Assembly: GCF_006345805.1 (NCBI RefSeq)
Contig: NC_042999.1
Coordinates: 3,906,001-3,970,000, forward strand
Source of the DNA: Octopus sinensis
Lineage: Eukaryota
Reading direction: 5' to 3'
Length of the DNA: 64,000 nt
The stretch's first letter is position 1; each line of letters opens with the position of its first letter. The position numbers and the translations under genes are program-made. Below are positions 1 through 10,799 of the stretch, one piece after another. The notes below the pieces were generated by a model. The model saw only the letters and a program-made list of their open reading frames with translations. It ran no database searches and was not told the origin of the DNA.

Positions 1-65
1 CTTTTCAAAAATTCCAATTCTAAAGGGTCGAAACAAACCCGAGCAACGCCGGGCGATACTGCTAG
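1..65 (+). mobile_element. 3' end of a non-autonomous Helitron (runs off window start)
   Basis: CCCGAGCAACGCCGGG hairpin followed by GATACTG-CTAG|T. The same terminus occurs at 328-360 (-) and 18574-18601 (+). Confidence 0.6.
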
Positions 66-132
66 TCTTCTATACAAATAACATTGTTTTGAATAACGAG
101 TAGCCAACCTCCTTACGCTGTACTCTTAATGT

Positions 133-315
133 AAGACGGCGAGTTTAGCAGAATCGTTAGCACGCCGCGTAAAATGCCCAACGGCATTTTGTCGGTCTTC
201 ATATTCTGAGTTCAAATTCCCATGTGGTTTATTCTGCCTTTCATCTTTTCGAGGCAGATAAAATAAGAACCGGCTGAGCACCGAAATTGCTGGCTGTGCT
301 CCAAAATTTGAAACC
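133..315 (+). mobile_element. SINE-C copy (tRNA-like head)
   Basis: Shares GAGTTCAAATTC...CCTTTCATC..TTCG...GATAAA.TAAG.ACC with the copies at 1062, 34915 and 52310. Confidence 0.55.
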
Positions 316-327
316 TATAAAGAAAGA

Positions 328-725
328 CTAGCAGTATCGCCCGGCGTTGCTCGGGTTTGTAAGGGAAATAACTATATAAGCACTTTTAGAGATGTAAAGT
401 ATAATAGCCATCTCAATATGGCTAACCACAAAGGGGGGGGGGTGTTACTGTAACTTTTTACGTTGAGATTTAACAATAAATTTTTAGAGAGTTACTTCCC
501 TTATATATACCAAAAATGCATTAAAAATGGGAAAAATATGATGGTAAATTTTTTTTTAAATCGTAGACTCATCGTAGACGCGCGCTAATACCAAGAAGGG
601 CTCGATATGAATCACGACTATAAGATACCCGTTTTTGGTTAAACTGCACCGCAAAATGTGGGAGCAGTTAGGAATCTAAATCGTAGGAGACAGACAGCAC
701 ACAACCTTTCTTTTATATATAAAGA
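328..725 (-). mobile_element. Non-autonomous Helitron, ~400 bp
   Basis: The minus strand reads A|TCTTTATATATAAAAG ... hairpin-CTAG|T, i.e. 5'-TC, 3'-CTAG and an AT target. It aligns end to end with 18205-18601. Confidence 0.75.
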
Positions 726-1061
726 TATGCAGCTTCATCACTTTCGGCATTGTGAATGCGTTAAAACTGTTTGTAACTCATTTTTTTGTCTTCCAATATA
801 TGTCCTACTAATCAAGGTAGCTGCTGATGGGATTGATTTTTCTAAGCAATTTAGTCAGAAAAAATAAAAATTATTTCCTCCTTCCTTCTCTCTCTCTCTC
901 TCTCTCTCTCTTAACTTAATTTTTATGGTTTGCATATTACTAATATATAATGTATTTAGTCATTAATCTTAATACTCTTAGTATATTGTGTACTCAATAA
1001 TATATACGATGTTAAATTATTGTTTTAGCAGTGTGACCTCGGAAGAAAGTTGTTCGTACTT

Positions 1062-1270
1062 TGCTCCGCTGGCAAAAACGTGAGCACGCCGGGCGAAAGG
1101 CTTAGCGCTATTTCGTCTGTCTTTACGTTCTGAATTCTAATTCCGCCCAGGTCAACTTTACCTTTCATCCTTTCGAGGTCGATAAATTAAGTACCAGTTG
1201 CGTACTGGAGTCGATCTAATCGACTGGTCCCTCCCCCAAAATTTCGGGCCTTGTGCCTAGAGTAGAAAAG
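1062..1270 (+). mobile_element. SINE-C copy with CpGs retained
   Basis: GCACGCCGGGCGAAA..GCTTAGCG..TTTCGTCTGTCTTTACGTTCTG..AGGTCAACTTT.CCTTTCATCCTTTCGAGGTCGATAAATTAAGTACCAG; multiple copies in the window. Confidence 0.65.
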
Positions 1271-1539
1271 AATTTATAGCTGCCATTTTTGAAAGGGAAA
1301 GTGACATGTATAATATGTAAGTTTTCAAGATACACTACGCTTGAATAAAAGACGAGAAGGCCACATCTGTAACGCTTCTGGTCATAAATCTGCTGAATCA
1401 GAATTGACAGAGAGCTGAAGAACAAGTTAACCTATACGCGGTCGATAGCATAGCTAGAAATGACAACCAACTATCTCTCAAAACACAGGCTATTGTTTTA
1501 AAAGACGTATAAATTCACTAGAAAATGTAGTATTGTATT

Positions 1540-1714
1540 CAGGGGCGTAATCAGGTTCTAAAGTTAGTGGGAGTGAGCACGTAAAAAAGAGGCGCTGTGA
1601 CACAACAATTTATAACTCCCCGAAACATTTTGCAAAAAGGATCCAATTTTGAAGAATCTGCTCGGAGGTGGAGTAGCTGTCTCTCCACTTACTCTCCTAT
1701 AAGCTACGCCACTG
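1540..1714. mobile_element. hAT-type MITE, 175 bp
   Basis: TIRs CAGGGGCGTA / TACGCCACTG; 8-bp TSD ATTGTATT vs GTTGTATT (7/8). Confidence 0.7.
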
Positions 1715-2039
1715 GTTGTATTGTAATCTAGGACAAAAGAGGCGGGGATAGTTATGGCTGTAACCAAGGCATCCGAGAGAAATTTCATTAAAAAAAAACC
1801 TGAGGTGATCAAGCCCTGACACGGAAGGGATCTTAAATTTTAAATAGCCTTGAGACTTTTTTTTCTTAATATATATTTTAATCTATCTTAGCATCTATGT
1901 CCCTCCAGGTCCTAGACATCTGTGCTGGTTGAATCCCACTGTTTTGTAGGCGCTGACTTGAACACATTTTATATTTTGCTTGTTCAGTGTTGACCGGGGG
2001 CTAAACAACAACTAGAATTTCTGTAAATCTGTTGCTCCA

Positions 2040-2205
2040 CTGTTTATTCAAGTCGATTTCGTTCGTGTTTCATCGATTGTTCCAGTTTGGCACTCTGCCG
2101 CAAATGGATGGGGTGTAGGCAACTGCAATACTTCACCGAGACTTTGATCACTTATTGATTGTCGAAAGGAGGGTGAAAGGCGAAATCGACCTCAATGAGA
2201 TTTAT
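2040..2205 (-). mobile_element. SINE-C copy, degenerate
   Basis: GTCGAAAGGAGGGTGAAAGGCGAAATCGACCTC is the reverse complement of the family core. Confidence 0.45.
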
Positions 2206-2629
2206 TGTTATAAATAGCAATTTCTTCCTGAGGTGAATAATCAAAGTGTATGTGTGTGTGCGTGTGTGTGTGTAATGGTACAGTTTGTTGATCCACCTGA
2301 CCTCATATTACTGCAGGAGAGAATGACCCAACGAGGAAAGAATCTCTTTAGCTGCACGACCTGTTAGAAATAGCAGTCAGTTTTTTTCCAGTCGCACCCT
2401 AATGTTGATAAAAGATACGAATCCACGAAAGAGCTTCTACGCGGTCACTCGACCTGCTAGAAGAAGCTGCTAAATCTTCGTCAAATCATACTTATCGTCT
2501 TAATAGAAGATAGGAAACAGTTGGCAATGTAGTTTCTGATATGCAATACTAAGGAATAATCATAGCTGTAACACACGTTTGATCATGGGTTTGCTTTGAT
2601 CGAGGCTAGCCGTTGAAACGTTATTGAAT

Positions 2630-4060
2630 AATGCATACCTAGTTATATTATGCGTTCCACAAAAAGGGGTGGAGATTAGGGGTGGAACGTCTTCGATCAT
2701 ATATGTCTTTGGCTGATGTTTACAAACGGTGGCCAATGATAGGCTGTGAGAATCGCAAAGGGCGCGAATAAATTACCATGTTTAATGAAATTAAGCTGTT
2801 TTTCTCTTTGTTTAATTGTGTCCAACTTCATGGTGAAAAATGAAGAATTTTGTGATAGCAAACTTTATCATGTTTCGTAATTAATGGGCGTAACCCAAAA
2901 TTTCCTTAATATTCAAGTGCAGCATAATATTTCTCACAGACCCGCTAGCCTTAGAGACAAAGAGAGTAGTATATGAAAATGAAATTTTAATAAACAAATT
3001 AATTAGGTGTGAGTAATGATGAGTATGAATTACCGACTTCTTTCTCTTACAATCTTAAAGAACAATTATTATTGCTATTCCATCGTATCCGACAATGAAG
3101 TCGGTACCTTGCTTAGCATCCGGTTGCTGCTTTTCGTGATTACAATTCATGTTGATCTCTTTGTTTCTCTCCAAAGATTGTCGTATTTTTTAGTTTTTCC
3201 TTCCATAGCTTTCAACTTCCCGCTTGCTATGTTCACTTCCGAATATTGTTTGGATCGTGCTTTCAGTATGGCTTTATAGTGAAAGCCTTGGGGCCCCCAC
3301 GTCTGCGTGATGCAAACGCCAACTCGCCATGCAGAATGTCCCTTTGGCTGATGTTCACTGCACGTTACACCTTCTAGTTCCCCACCTCTGTCATTCTAAT
3401 TACTCAATCAAATCAGAGATAAATCCTGTGAAAATGATAAAATCTCTTATTGAAGACAATTACCTTTTAGATCTATTAGTTTTAGAAATTATTTCACTTT
3501 ATTCATTCATTCACCCATTCATAATATATTTGTTTATATATATATATATTTATTTCGGAATCAAAAATGCCTTTCATTTCGCTTTATCAGGCAAAACGGT
3601 TGAAAAGCATAACTTCTAAACAATTGTTTTGTTTTGTTTTTTTGCTTTGTTTGTCGTTCATTTTAGTAATTTTTAAAAAATTTTCTTTCGTGTAAAATTT
3701 TAATAAATCAAGATTGCCGAATAATGATTCTAAAATGTCATGTTGCTTTAGTAGCAATTAAGTCTCATGTTATGGGGGCTAAACACGATATAAACCGATA
3801 AAAACAACCCTAGCCTGTCAAGCGAATATTAAGCTTCAATACAATATAATTCAATAAAGAGTCTTTTCCTCTCTGGTGTGAAAGGCAACAGTACATGAGA
3901 ACTGTAGTAAATCGTTTCAAGTTAACTCACAGTAAACAAATAAAGAAATCCTTCTGAAACTTTGCCAAAATAAACCCGAGGTAATAATTATAATTTTTAC
4001 TTCGTTAAAACAGTTTGTATATGCGGTGCGCGTATCGTGTATGCGTGTCCGTGTGTGTGT
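2630..4060. promoter_or_regulatory. Putative CpG-retaining promoter region, possibly bidirectional
   Basis: Non-repetitive DNA with visibly many CpGs, GGCCAAT and GGGGTGGA boxes at 2650-2740, a + strand donor at 3981 (CCCGAG|GTAATA) and minus-strand donors at 3107 and 3033. Confidence 0.4.
3862..3980 (+). other. Candidate non-coding first exon of an unidentified + strand gene
   Basis: Pyrimidine-rich initiator-like TCTTTTCCTCTCT at ~3862 and donor GAG|GTAATA. Microsatellites and CpG-depleted DNA follow. No transcript evidence. Confidence 0.25.
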
Positions 4061-4081
4061 TTTAGCTTAAATCAATAAACT

Positions 4082-4082
4082 A

Positions 4083-4113
<31 letters not shown>

Positions 4114-4560
4114 ATGTATGTAGTATGTATGTATGTATGTATGTATGTATGTATGTATGTATGTATGTATGTATGTATGTATGTATGTATGTATGTAGTA
4201 TGTATGTATGTATGTATGTGTGTATGTATGAATGTATGTATGTATGTATGTATGTATGTATGTATGTAGTATGTATGTATGTATGTATTAGTATGTATGT
4301 ATGTGTGTATATATATATAGAGAGAGAGAGAGTGAGATAGATAGATATAGTGTGTATACATACATATGTGCTATTCAGCACCCTCAATCACAATTAGTGA
4401 CGATTAAATTTATCCTATATATATATATATACCTGTATGTATGTACCTGTATGTATGTACATGTATGTACATGTCTATATGTGTGTGTATGCCTGTGTGT
4501 ATATATATATATATATATATATAGATATATATATATATGCACACAAACATACACACTCAC
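4082..4560. repeat. Compound microsatellite (TATG)n/(TA)n/(GA)n
   Basis: Directly visible; accounts for ORFs 4067-4715. Confidence 0.95.
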
Positions 4561-4894
4561 ACACGGTTGTACTCATCAGTTTAACATCCACGTTTTCATG
4601 TTTTCATGGAGCAGACAGAATTCGTCAGAACAGATTTCCTACAGATCTAGATTTTGCTAGCTATGTCGCACTTTTGCTGTTTATATACTTAACTACACCT
4701 TATCCAATTATCTAATTCGAACAATTAAAGCTAATTAGAAGCTAATCTAAATCTTGCTAGTTATGTAGTACATCCGTTGTTTGTAGTAATTAACTACACT
4801 TCCAAATGCTTAATATCTAACTGGAACAACGTGAGCAGTGGCTTAGTCAGAATAGTTCTGCAATATTGGTTTCAAGAAACATATGAATGTGGTA

Positions 4895-5050
4895 ACTAAG
4901 TGTGTTCAGCCATCAGCCCAGGCTCTGCTGCTCAGGCTGAGAAAGCAAACTGTCAAAGTATCGGGCACTCTGTTAGGTTTATGGTTGAACCTGTGGCATT
5001 GGAGACTTCTGGATCATATCCCTGCTCACTGCCATTGGGGTGAAGATGGC
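4895..5050 (+). pseudogene. Decayed fragment of an RLE-type (CRE-like) non-LTR retrotransposon
   Basis: Frameshifted translation AISPGSAAQAEKA/KLSKYRALC/RFMVEPVALETSGSY resembles the GSAA..AE..K..KY..L....F.P.A.ET.G endonuclease-region motif. Confidence 0.45.
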
Positions 5051-5119
5051 TATCTGCAAGTTTGAGCCCCATCAATCTGATTAGCTGTTCCAGCACATCT
5101 CCCTCTCCATCCTCCAGAG

Positions 5120-5338
5120 CAGTGGTTTTCAACCAGGGTTTCGCGGAACCTTAAGGTTCCGTTAGTACAGTCCAGGGGTTCCGCAAGAAGTTACAAAAAT
5201 GCTAAATTCAACAGTAATTTTTAATTCTCCTCTGCAGATATGTGTGCATAAGACAATTAAATTATTGCACAGGGGTTCCTCGAGCCAGTGAAATGTTTTC
5301 TTGGGGTTCCGCTCCCACAAAAAGGTTGAAAAGCACTG
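5120..5338. mobile_element. hAT-type MITE, 219 bp
   Basis: 15-bp TIRs CAGTGGTTTTCAACC / GGTTGAAAAGCACTG; 8-bp TSD CTCCAGAG vs CTTCAGAG. Confidence 0.85.
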
Positions 5339-5636
5339 CTTCAGAGCAATGCCTTTTCCATTTTATCCACTGGAACCATGCAGTGATTTGAATTACAGGA
5401 AATCTAGTAAAAATTCGTAGCTTTACTATGCGAACAATAAACTTATAGAAACTTAATAATTTGTATGTTGACCCACAGGAAAGATGAAATAATCTATGTG
5501 GTGCCAATTTAAAACAGTTTTAAATAAACTTTAAAAAAAAGAAAATACTGAAATCAATATGGTCAACCAGAAAGAAATCGCAGACTATCTTTTGACAAAC
5601 AAGCTCCTACCCTATAGAGAACCTTAGTGTGGTCAG

Positions 5637-5675
5637 TTTCTGATGAGACTACAGGAGTAGTTGAAAGCGCTAAAA
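5637..5675 (+). ncRNA. Minimal type I hammerhead ribozyme motif (Penelope-associated type)
   Basis: CTGATGA (5640-46), helix II GACTAC-AGGA-GTAGTT, GAAA (5663-66), palindrome AGCGCT, cleavage triplet CUA. Helix I is only TTT/AAA. Confidence 0.55.
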
Positions 5676-5684
5676 AATATGAAA

Positions 5685-5847
5685 GGCGCAGGAGTGGCTG
5701 TGTGGTAAGTAGCTTTCTTACCAACCACATGGTTCCGGGTTCAGTCCCACTGCGTTGCATCTTGGGCAAGTGTCTTCTGCTATAGCCTCGGGCCGACCAA
5801 TGCCTTGTGAGTGGATTTGGTAGACGGAAACTGAAAGAAGCCTGTTG

Positions 5848-5878
<31 letters not shown>

Positions 5879-6082
5879 TTGTGTGTCTGTGTTTGTCCCC
5901 CTAGCATTGCTTGACAACCGATGCTGGTGTGTTTACGTCCCCGTCACTTAGCGGTTCGGCAAAAGAGACCGATAGAATAAGTACTGGGCTTACAAAGAAT
6001 AAGTCCCGGGGTCGATTTGCTCGACTAAAGGCGGTGCTCCAGCATGGCTGCTGTCAAATGACTGAAACAAGTAAAAGAGAGA
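5685..6082 (+). mobile_element. SINE-A, full-length young copy with LINE-like stem-loop tail
   Basis: tRNA-like head with A/B boxes (TGGCTGTGTGG..GGTTCAGTCCC), central (TA/TG)n, tail GGTGCTCCAGCATGG..GACTGAAACAAGTAAAAG. Near-identical to 59875-60283. Confidence 0.85.
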
Positions 6083-6088
6083 GTATAT

Positions 6089-6143
<55 letters not shown>

Positions 6144-6284
6144 CATATATATACACACACACAAATATCCTTCTGATGTAGCCATGTATAACCTTTATTA
6201 TGTAACTTTCCTCAATATTATTCCCCCCCCCCCCACTCAGCTAAAGGGGCTTGTCTTGTAAATTACTTGATGACTTCACTGCTG

Positions 6285-6470
6285 CTGGCAGCACAAAAAA
6301 AATCACCCAGTACACTCTGTAAGATGTTTGGTGTTAGGAAGGACATCTAGCTGTAGAAACCATAGCTATGCAGACAGTGGAGCTTGGTGCAGTCTTCCGA
6401 CTTGCCAGCTTCTGTCAAACCCCCCAACACATGCCAGCATGGAAAGCAGACATTAACTGGTGACGATGAT
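6285..6470 (+). mobile_element. RTE-type LINE 3' UTR fragment
   Basis: GGTGTTAGGAAGG.CATC.AGCTGTAG...CATGCCAGCATGGAAAG...(GAT)n; multicopy in the window. Confidence 0.6.
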
Positions 6471-6561
6471 ATAAATACCATGCTATTTGATTCAACTGGT
6501 TAGTGAAGAAAACCATATTATATTTATTAAGTGCAAGAGGAGATAGTTCAAACAACATTTG

Positions 6562-6870
6562 TATACTACTGGCACTCCATCAGCTATGACTGTGAGGGTT
6601 CCAGTTGATCCGATCAATGGAACAGCATGCTCGTGAAATTAACACACATGTGGCTGAGCACTCCACAGACATGTGTATCCTTAACATAATTCTCAGGGAG
6701 AGTCAGCATGACACAGAGTGTGACAAGGTTGGCTCTTTGAAATACAAGTGCTACTCACTTTTGCCAGCTGTGTAGACTGGAGTAATGTGAAATAAAATAT
6801 CTTGTTGAAGGACACAACACATCACAAGGAATTGAACACACAACCTTGTGATCATGGGCCAAATACGTTG
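6562..6870 (-). mobile_element. SINE-B related copy (CORE-like centre)
   Basis: Shares the GTGGAGTGCTCAGCCAC..GTTAATTTCACGAGCA..GTTCC.TTGATCGGATC 3' half with 20346-20735. Confidence 0.6.
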
Positions 6871-6925
6871 GTATATACACTGTGAATAATTAAAGACAGC
6901 AATAATTTTGAAGTTTTAGTATTAA

Positions 6926-7496
6926 CCCTTTTATCATTATATTCTTACTGAAACACTGATCTTATTTTGATTAGTTTTTAAAATAATAAAGAATTCAGTA
7001 AAACAACTTATTAGGCTGATCCTTGGAACATAAATTGACATGTAATTTAGATGGTTTGAATTTATATCACTTTAGAACAGAAAGTTTATATCATAAAACA
7101 AGTCCACCTTTTCAAACTCCACCTGTCTAACATCCATGGACATGTTTACAATGTCAGAAAACAGCACAGCTCCCATGATTTTCGGAAACATTTTTTCATG
7201 CTAAGAGTTGCTGAAGCATAGAACAAACTGCCGGCATCAGTTGTTAGCTGTCAGAGCACTGCATCCTTCAAAACTTCCATGCTTCCTGAGATTCAGCAAC
7301 ACTACACCTGATTTTCTTCCCTCCATACACACGAAAGCATGTATCTGACTTATACACTGTTCACTTCCCAGACATTTGTACATTACTGCATATGCTTTAT
7401 ACGCACTTCTGACAAGTTGTGGTGCACCTGAGCACTGTATACAATAATTTCATTATTATATAAGTCGTAATCTCAGGCAAATTAGTATCAAAAGGG
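6926..7496. mobile_element. piggyBac-like TTAA MITE interrupted by a LINE fragment
   Basis: TTAA|CCCTTTT ... AAAAGGG|TTAA; internal sequence is shared with 7790-8008. Confidence 0.55.
7103..7460 (+). mobile_element. CR1-like LINE 3' end (ORF2 C-terminus, 3' UTR and tail)
   Basis: Translates HDFRKHFFMLRVAEA*NKLPASVVSCQSTASFKTSMLPEIQQHYT*; ends in (ATT)n. Confidence 0.75.
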
Positions 7497-7789
7497 TTAA
7501 AGAGTAAAAATGACAACAAATTTAAATATTTTAAATTCATATTTGAAGTATGTTTTTTTCCAAAGACATCAAGCTGAATTTATAACATGACAACATATCA
7601 AGAATATTCAATAATTCTCTTTTAATTTTATCAGTTGTGATAAGCTTTTTGTTTGTTTTTTTTCTTTTTGCATATTATTTTGTATTTTTGGAGAATTTTT
7701 CTATTAACCTGTTTTCTTTTTTCTTTTGCAATATATTTAATGTGGCAGCTTATCACTTCTTGTATATTTTGTCCTTCTCTTGCTGTTAA

Positions 7790-8008
7790 CCCGTGTGATA
7801 CCAATCTGTCTGAGACTGCCTCTGGTCTTACAATACAAACTTCTGTTTTAAAGCGATCCAAATCAAAACCTTCCTTTAAAATGTCATGTTAATTTGTGTT
7901 TCAAATACCAGCTTAATAATGACAAAGTTATTTTAGTAGGTTCTTCATTATTTTCAAAATATATTGAAATAAAGACTGTATTTCATTAGGAATATGGTAA
8001 TGAAAGGG
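7790..8008. mobile_element. piggyBac-like TTAA MITE
   Basis: TTAA|CCCGTGTGATACC ... GGTAATGAAAGGG|TTTA; fragments recur at about 29340, 29720, 29960 and 38320. Confidence 0.6.
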
Positions 8009-8195
8009 TTTATTAACTACTTATTTCTGACCAAAATTGAAGGTTTGCTTACTAAGCTTGACAATGTCCTAATTTTAGCAATATTAGGCTTTAAATGTCG
8101 TCAAAAAAGAAAATGAATATTTTGTGGTTCTCTTCTCTTCAAAACTGCTTAATTTCATTCAAAGTTAAATGAGAAAGAATCAGATTCATTGGTTA

Positions 8196-8253
<58 letters not shown>

Positions 8254-8829
8254 GTGAGAGAACAGTGCATGCCATCCAAGTGACACTGGGGTAAAATATA
8301 TGAAGCTCAGTATACCCATCATGACTACTGTCTGATAAGGTTACACCAAGAACATGCATCATAACCATATGTTCACGACATGGTGATATCATATCAAGAT
8401 AAACAATGCAAGACCTTGCAAGTTGAGTAGCCCATCCTGCTCACAAGGTCCCTGAATAAGGGTTGTTTAAGGATGTTGAATGAGACATCCATGTTTCCTG
8501 AGGTGAATTATCCAAACCCCAAAGAATTCCTCTCAACACATGGCTATGATGCTCCCCCACTACTTCTGCTTGTGATCAGAGATGCACATATCGTCAGCCA
8601 CTAAGAGACATGCTCAACTGGTTAAGGTCAAACAACTGTCAATCAAATCTGTGGCATTGAGCAGAATATTTGCTGTATCCCATCTTTTATACCAAGACAA
8701 AACAATGTACATGATAACAGGTCCAATCAGTTAAGATCAGAAACCATGAGAACCACTGTCTGGTACTGCATCAGGAGAGTTAGGTACTGCATCAGGGCAG
8801 TTACTATTATTACATAACTGTTCAATATT

Positions 8830-9790
8830 TGGTAGATTGAAGCAAATATTTACAGACTGTTGTCAGGCGCTCACAACCCTCTATCAGTTGGGCTATGGAG
8901 TCGGTGGATGTTCCACTTTAGAAATTTATAGAGGATTAGTGGTGGGGGAGTGCAACAATGTTCTCAAGGGGGATTCTGGGTGCTGATGAGAACAAACTGG
9001 CTAGTCTGTTCCAGGGGACTTTCCAGTCAGGAAGTATCATGGATCATTTCCAGATGTCCTTGGCCTGGCAGTGCTACAGGAAGGGTGGTCTGCTACCAGT
9101 TCGAGACAAGCTCAACAGGCACAGATGTGCTGTCAGACGGACTTGTCTGAGGTGCGTGCAGAGTGACGAAACCATTCTGCATGTCCTCATTCAGTGTCCA
9201 GGCATTGCTGACTTGTGGGGTTATGTTGAACAGCTGCAGTCACGTGTGGGACAGATCCCTCTGTCAGCTGAGTCTGTAGTAATGATTGCACCACTGCCCT
9301 CCTTCAGTCGGGCCAGAAAGGCAGTTTTCCTTTGCCTGGTGGCTGTGACGAAAGAAGTTGTTTGATAGACAAAGCTGAAAGGCATGAGGACAGATACATT
9401 CCTCTTTGGTAGAGCTCTAATTGACTTTTTCAAGTTTCACTTAAAAGGAAATTGGGAGTAGAGAGGGAAGTTCTATCCTCGAGTGAATTTATTCAAAGGT
9501 GGGTGAAAGTTGTGAAAATGGCAAGAGTGGATGGTACCTCTCTAAGTGTAGACCTGTAAGTTGGAGAGGGCTTCAGGGAAATCTCGGACAGTGGGGCTCC
9601 TCAATAGAGGGCCACATCTCTACCATCCTCTCTATCATTACCTTTGTATGCTATGCGTGTCTCATCTTTTCCAGTGTATACCATGTATTATTTCATTATT
9701 TCATGTAAACCTCCACACTTTATGTCTGTCTCTGTATTGTCCTTTTCGTCCTTCACCCTTGTGGCAAATAAATGAAATCATTAGTATTAT
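8830..9790 (+). mobile_element. L1/Tx1-like LINE 3' part (ORF2 C-terminal zinc knuckle and 3' UTR), inactivated
   Basis: ORF 8958-9365: LAWQCYRKGGLLPVRDKL...TCLRCVQSDETILHVLIQCP (CCHC). In-frame stops follow, then AATAAA and an (ATT)n tail. Confidence 0.8.
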
Positions 9791-10319
9791 TATTATCATT
9801 ATTATTATGGTCAATATTTATTTCATGAAATACCTTAATGAAACTAACATCATTATCATCTTTCTTCTCAATAATTCAAAAATAAAGCAATGAATATTCA
9901 AAATCTTATCTAATTTACATAGAGATCGTTAATTGTCTTCTTTCCCTTCTTTTAACAAGCATTTCTAAAATTAATATTATCGCAAGAAAATAACTGAAAT
10001 CTATAACAAGTTCTAAAATCTCTATAAAATAATAGCCAACATAAATGTTGTTTAGTTTGTTGTTTGATTTCTTCTGTAATACTATATATGGTATAGAGAG
10101 AAGGAAAAAGAGAGAGAAAGAGAGATACAGAGAGAGTTAATATAAGAAGTGCAGGATGGGTGCACATTCTAGGCTTGGAAGCAGGCAATGAGTATATACA
10201 CACACAGAGTAAGAGAGAAAAAAATCATGAAGACAGAAGAGCAGGAGAGAGTAAATGACAGATTAGTTGAGGGCAGAGTTATACAAATGAGAAATTTGTT
10301 TTATTTAGTTTTATTTTAA

Positions 10320-10540
10320 ACCTTTAGCATTCAGGCTTCTTCATCAAGTGTATTGCCTATTTATTCACATTGGTTTTGAATTAATTACACATTATCTTGT
10401 ACTGTCAAGATTTCAACGGCATGTTTCTATATTTTTAGAATGACATTGTAGGATAGGTGTGAGAGGTTGGATCTGGTCAGTTTTAACATGAAACAGGTCG
10501 AATATTTGGGCTGGATATTATCTGATTAAATGTTAAAGGG
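10320..10540. mobile_element. piggyBac-like TTAA MITE (second family)
   Basis: CCTTTAGCATT ... AATGTTAAAGGG|TTAA; homologous to 45288-45508. Confidence 0.6.
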
Positions 10541-10569
10541 TTAAGGTAGTAAATTTTTTTTTTGAACAT

Positions 10570-10745
10570 TAGTTCAGATAAGACTGGAGCCTGGTGCAGC
10601 CTTCTGGCTTCCCAGGTCCCCGGTCGAACATTAGTTCCAGATAAGACTGGAGCCTGGTGCAGCCTTCTAGCTTCCCAGATCCCTGGTCGAACCGTCCAAC
10701 CCATGCTAGCATGGAGAACGGACGTTAAACGATGATGATGATGAT
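10570..10745 (+). mobile_element. RTE 3' end with ~61-bp tandem duplication
   Basis: AACATTAGTT..GATAAGACTGGAGCCTGGTGCAGCC..GGTCG occurs twice, then AACCCATGCTAGCATGG..GGACGTTAAAC(GAT)n. Confidence 0.7.
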
Positions 10746-10799
10746 TAGTATTCATGTCATCATTCTGTATAAACACCAAGAAATTTAATAAAGTTATAT

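Noticed and set aside
3016-3619. ORFs 3016-3279 and 3329-3619 (+) in the CpG-rich region
   Set aside because: No recognisable domain, low-complexity hydrophobic composition and no coherent splice signals.
4067-4715. Long ORFs with HTYI/MYVC repeats (likewise 16345-16715, 41546-42236, 44414-44758, 46979-47366, 54894-55245)
   Set aside because: Translations of di-, tri- and tetranucleotide microsatellites that lack stop codons by composition.
8250-8810. GC-richer block between (TAA)n and the L1/Tx1 fragment that looks like an interspersed repeat
   Set aside because: Only one copy in the window, with no TIR, TSD or coding signature that I could verify; left unclassified.
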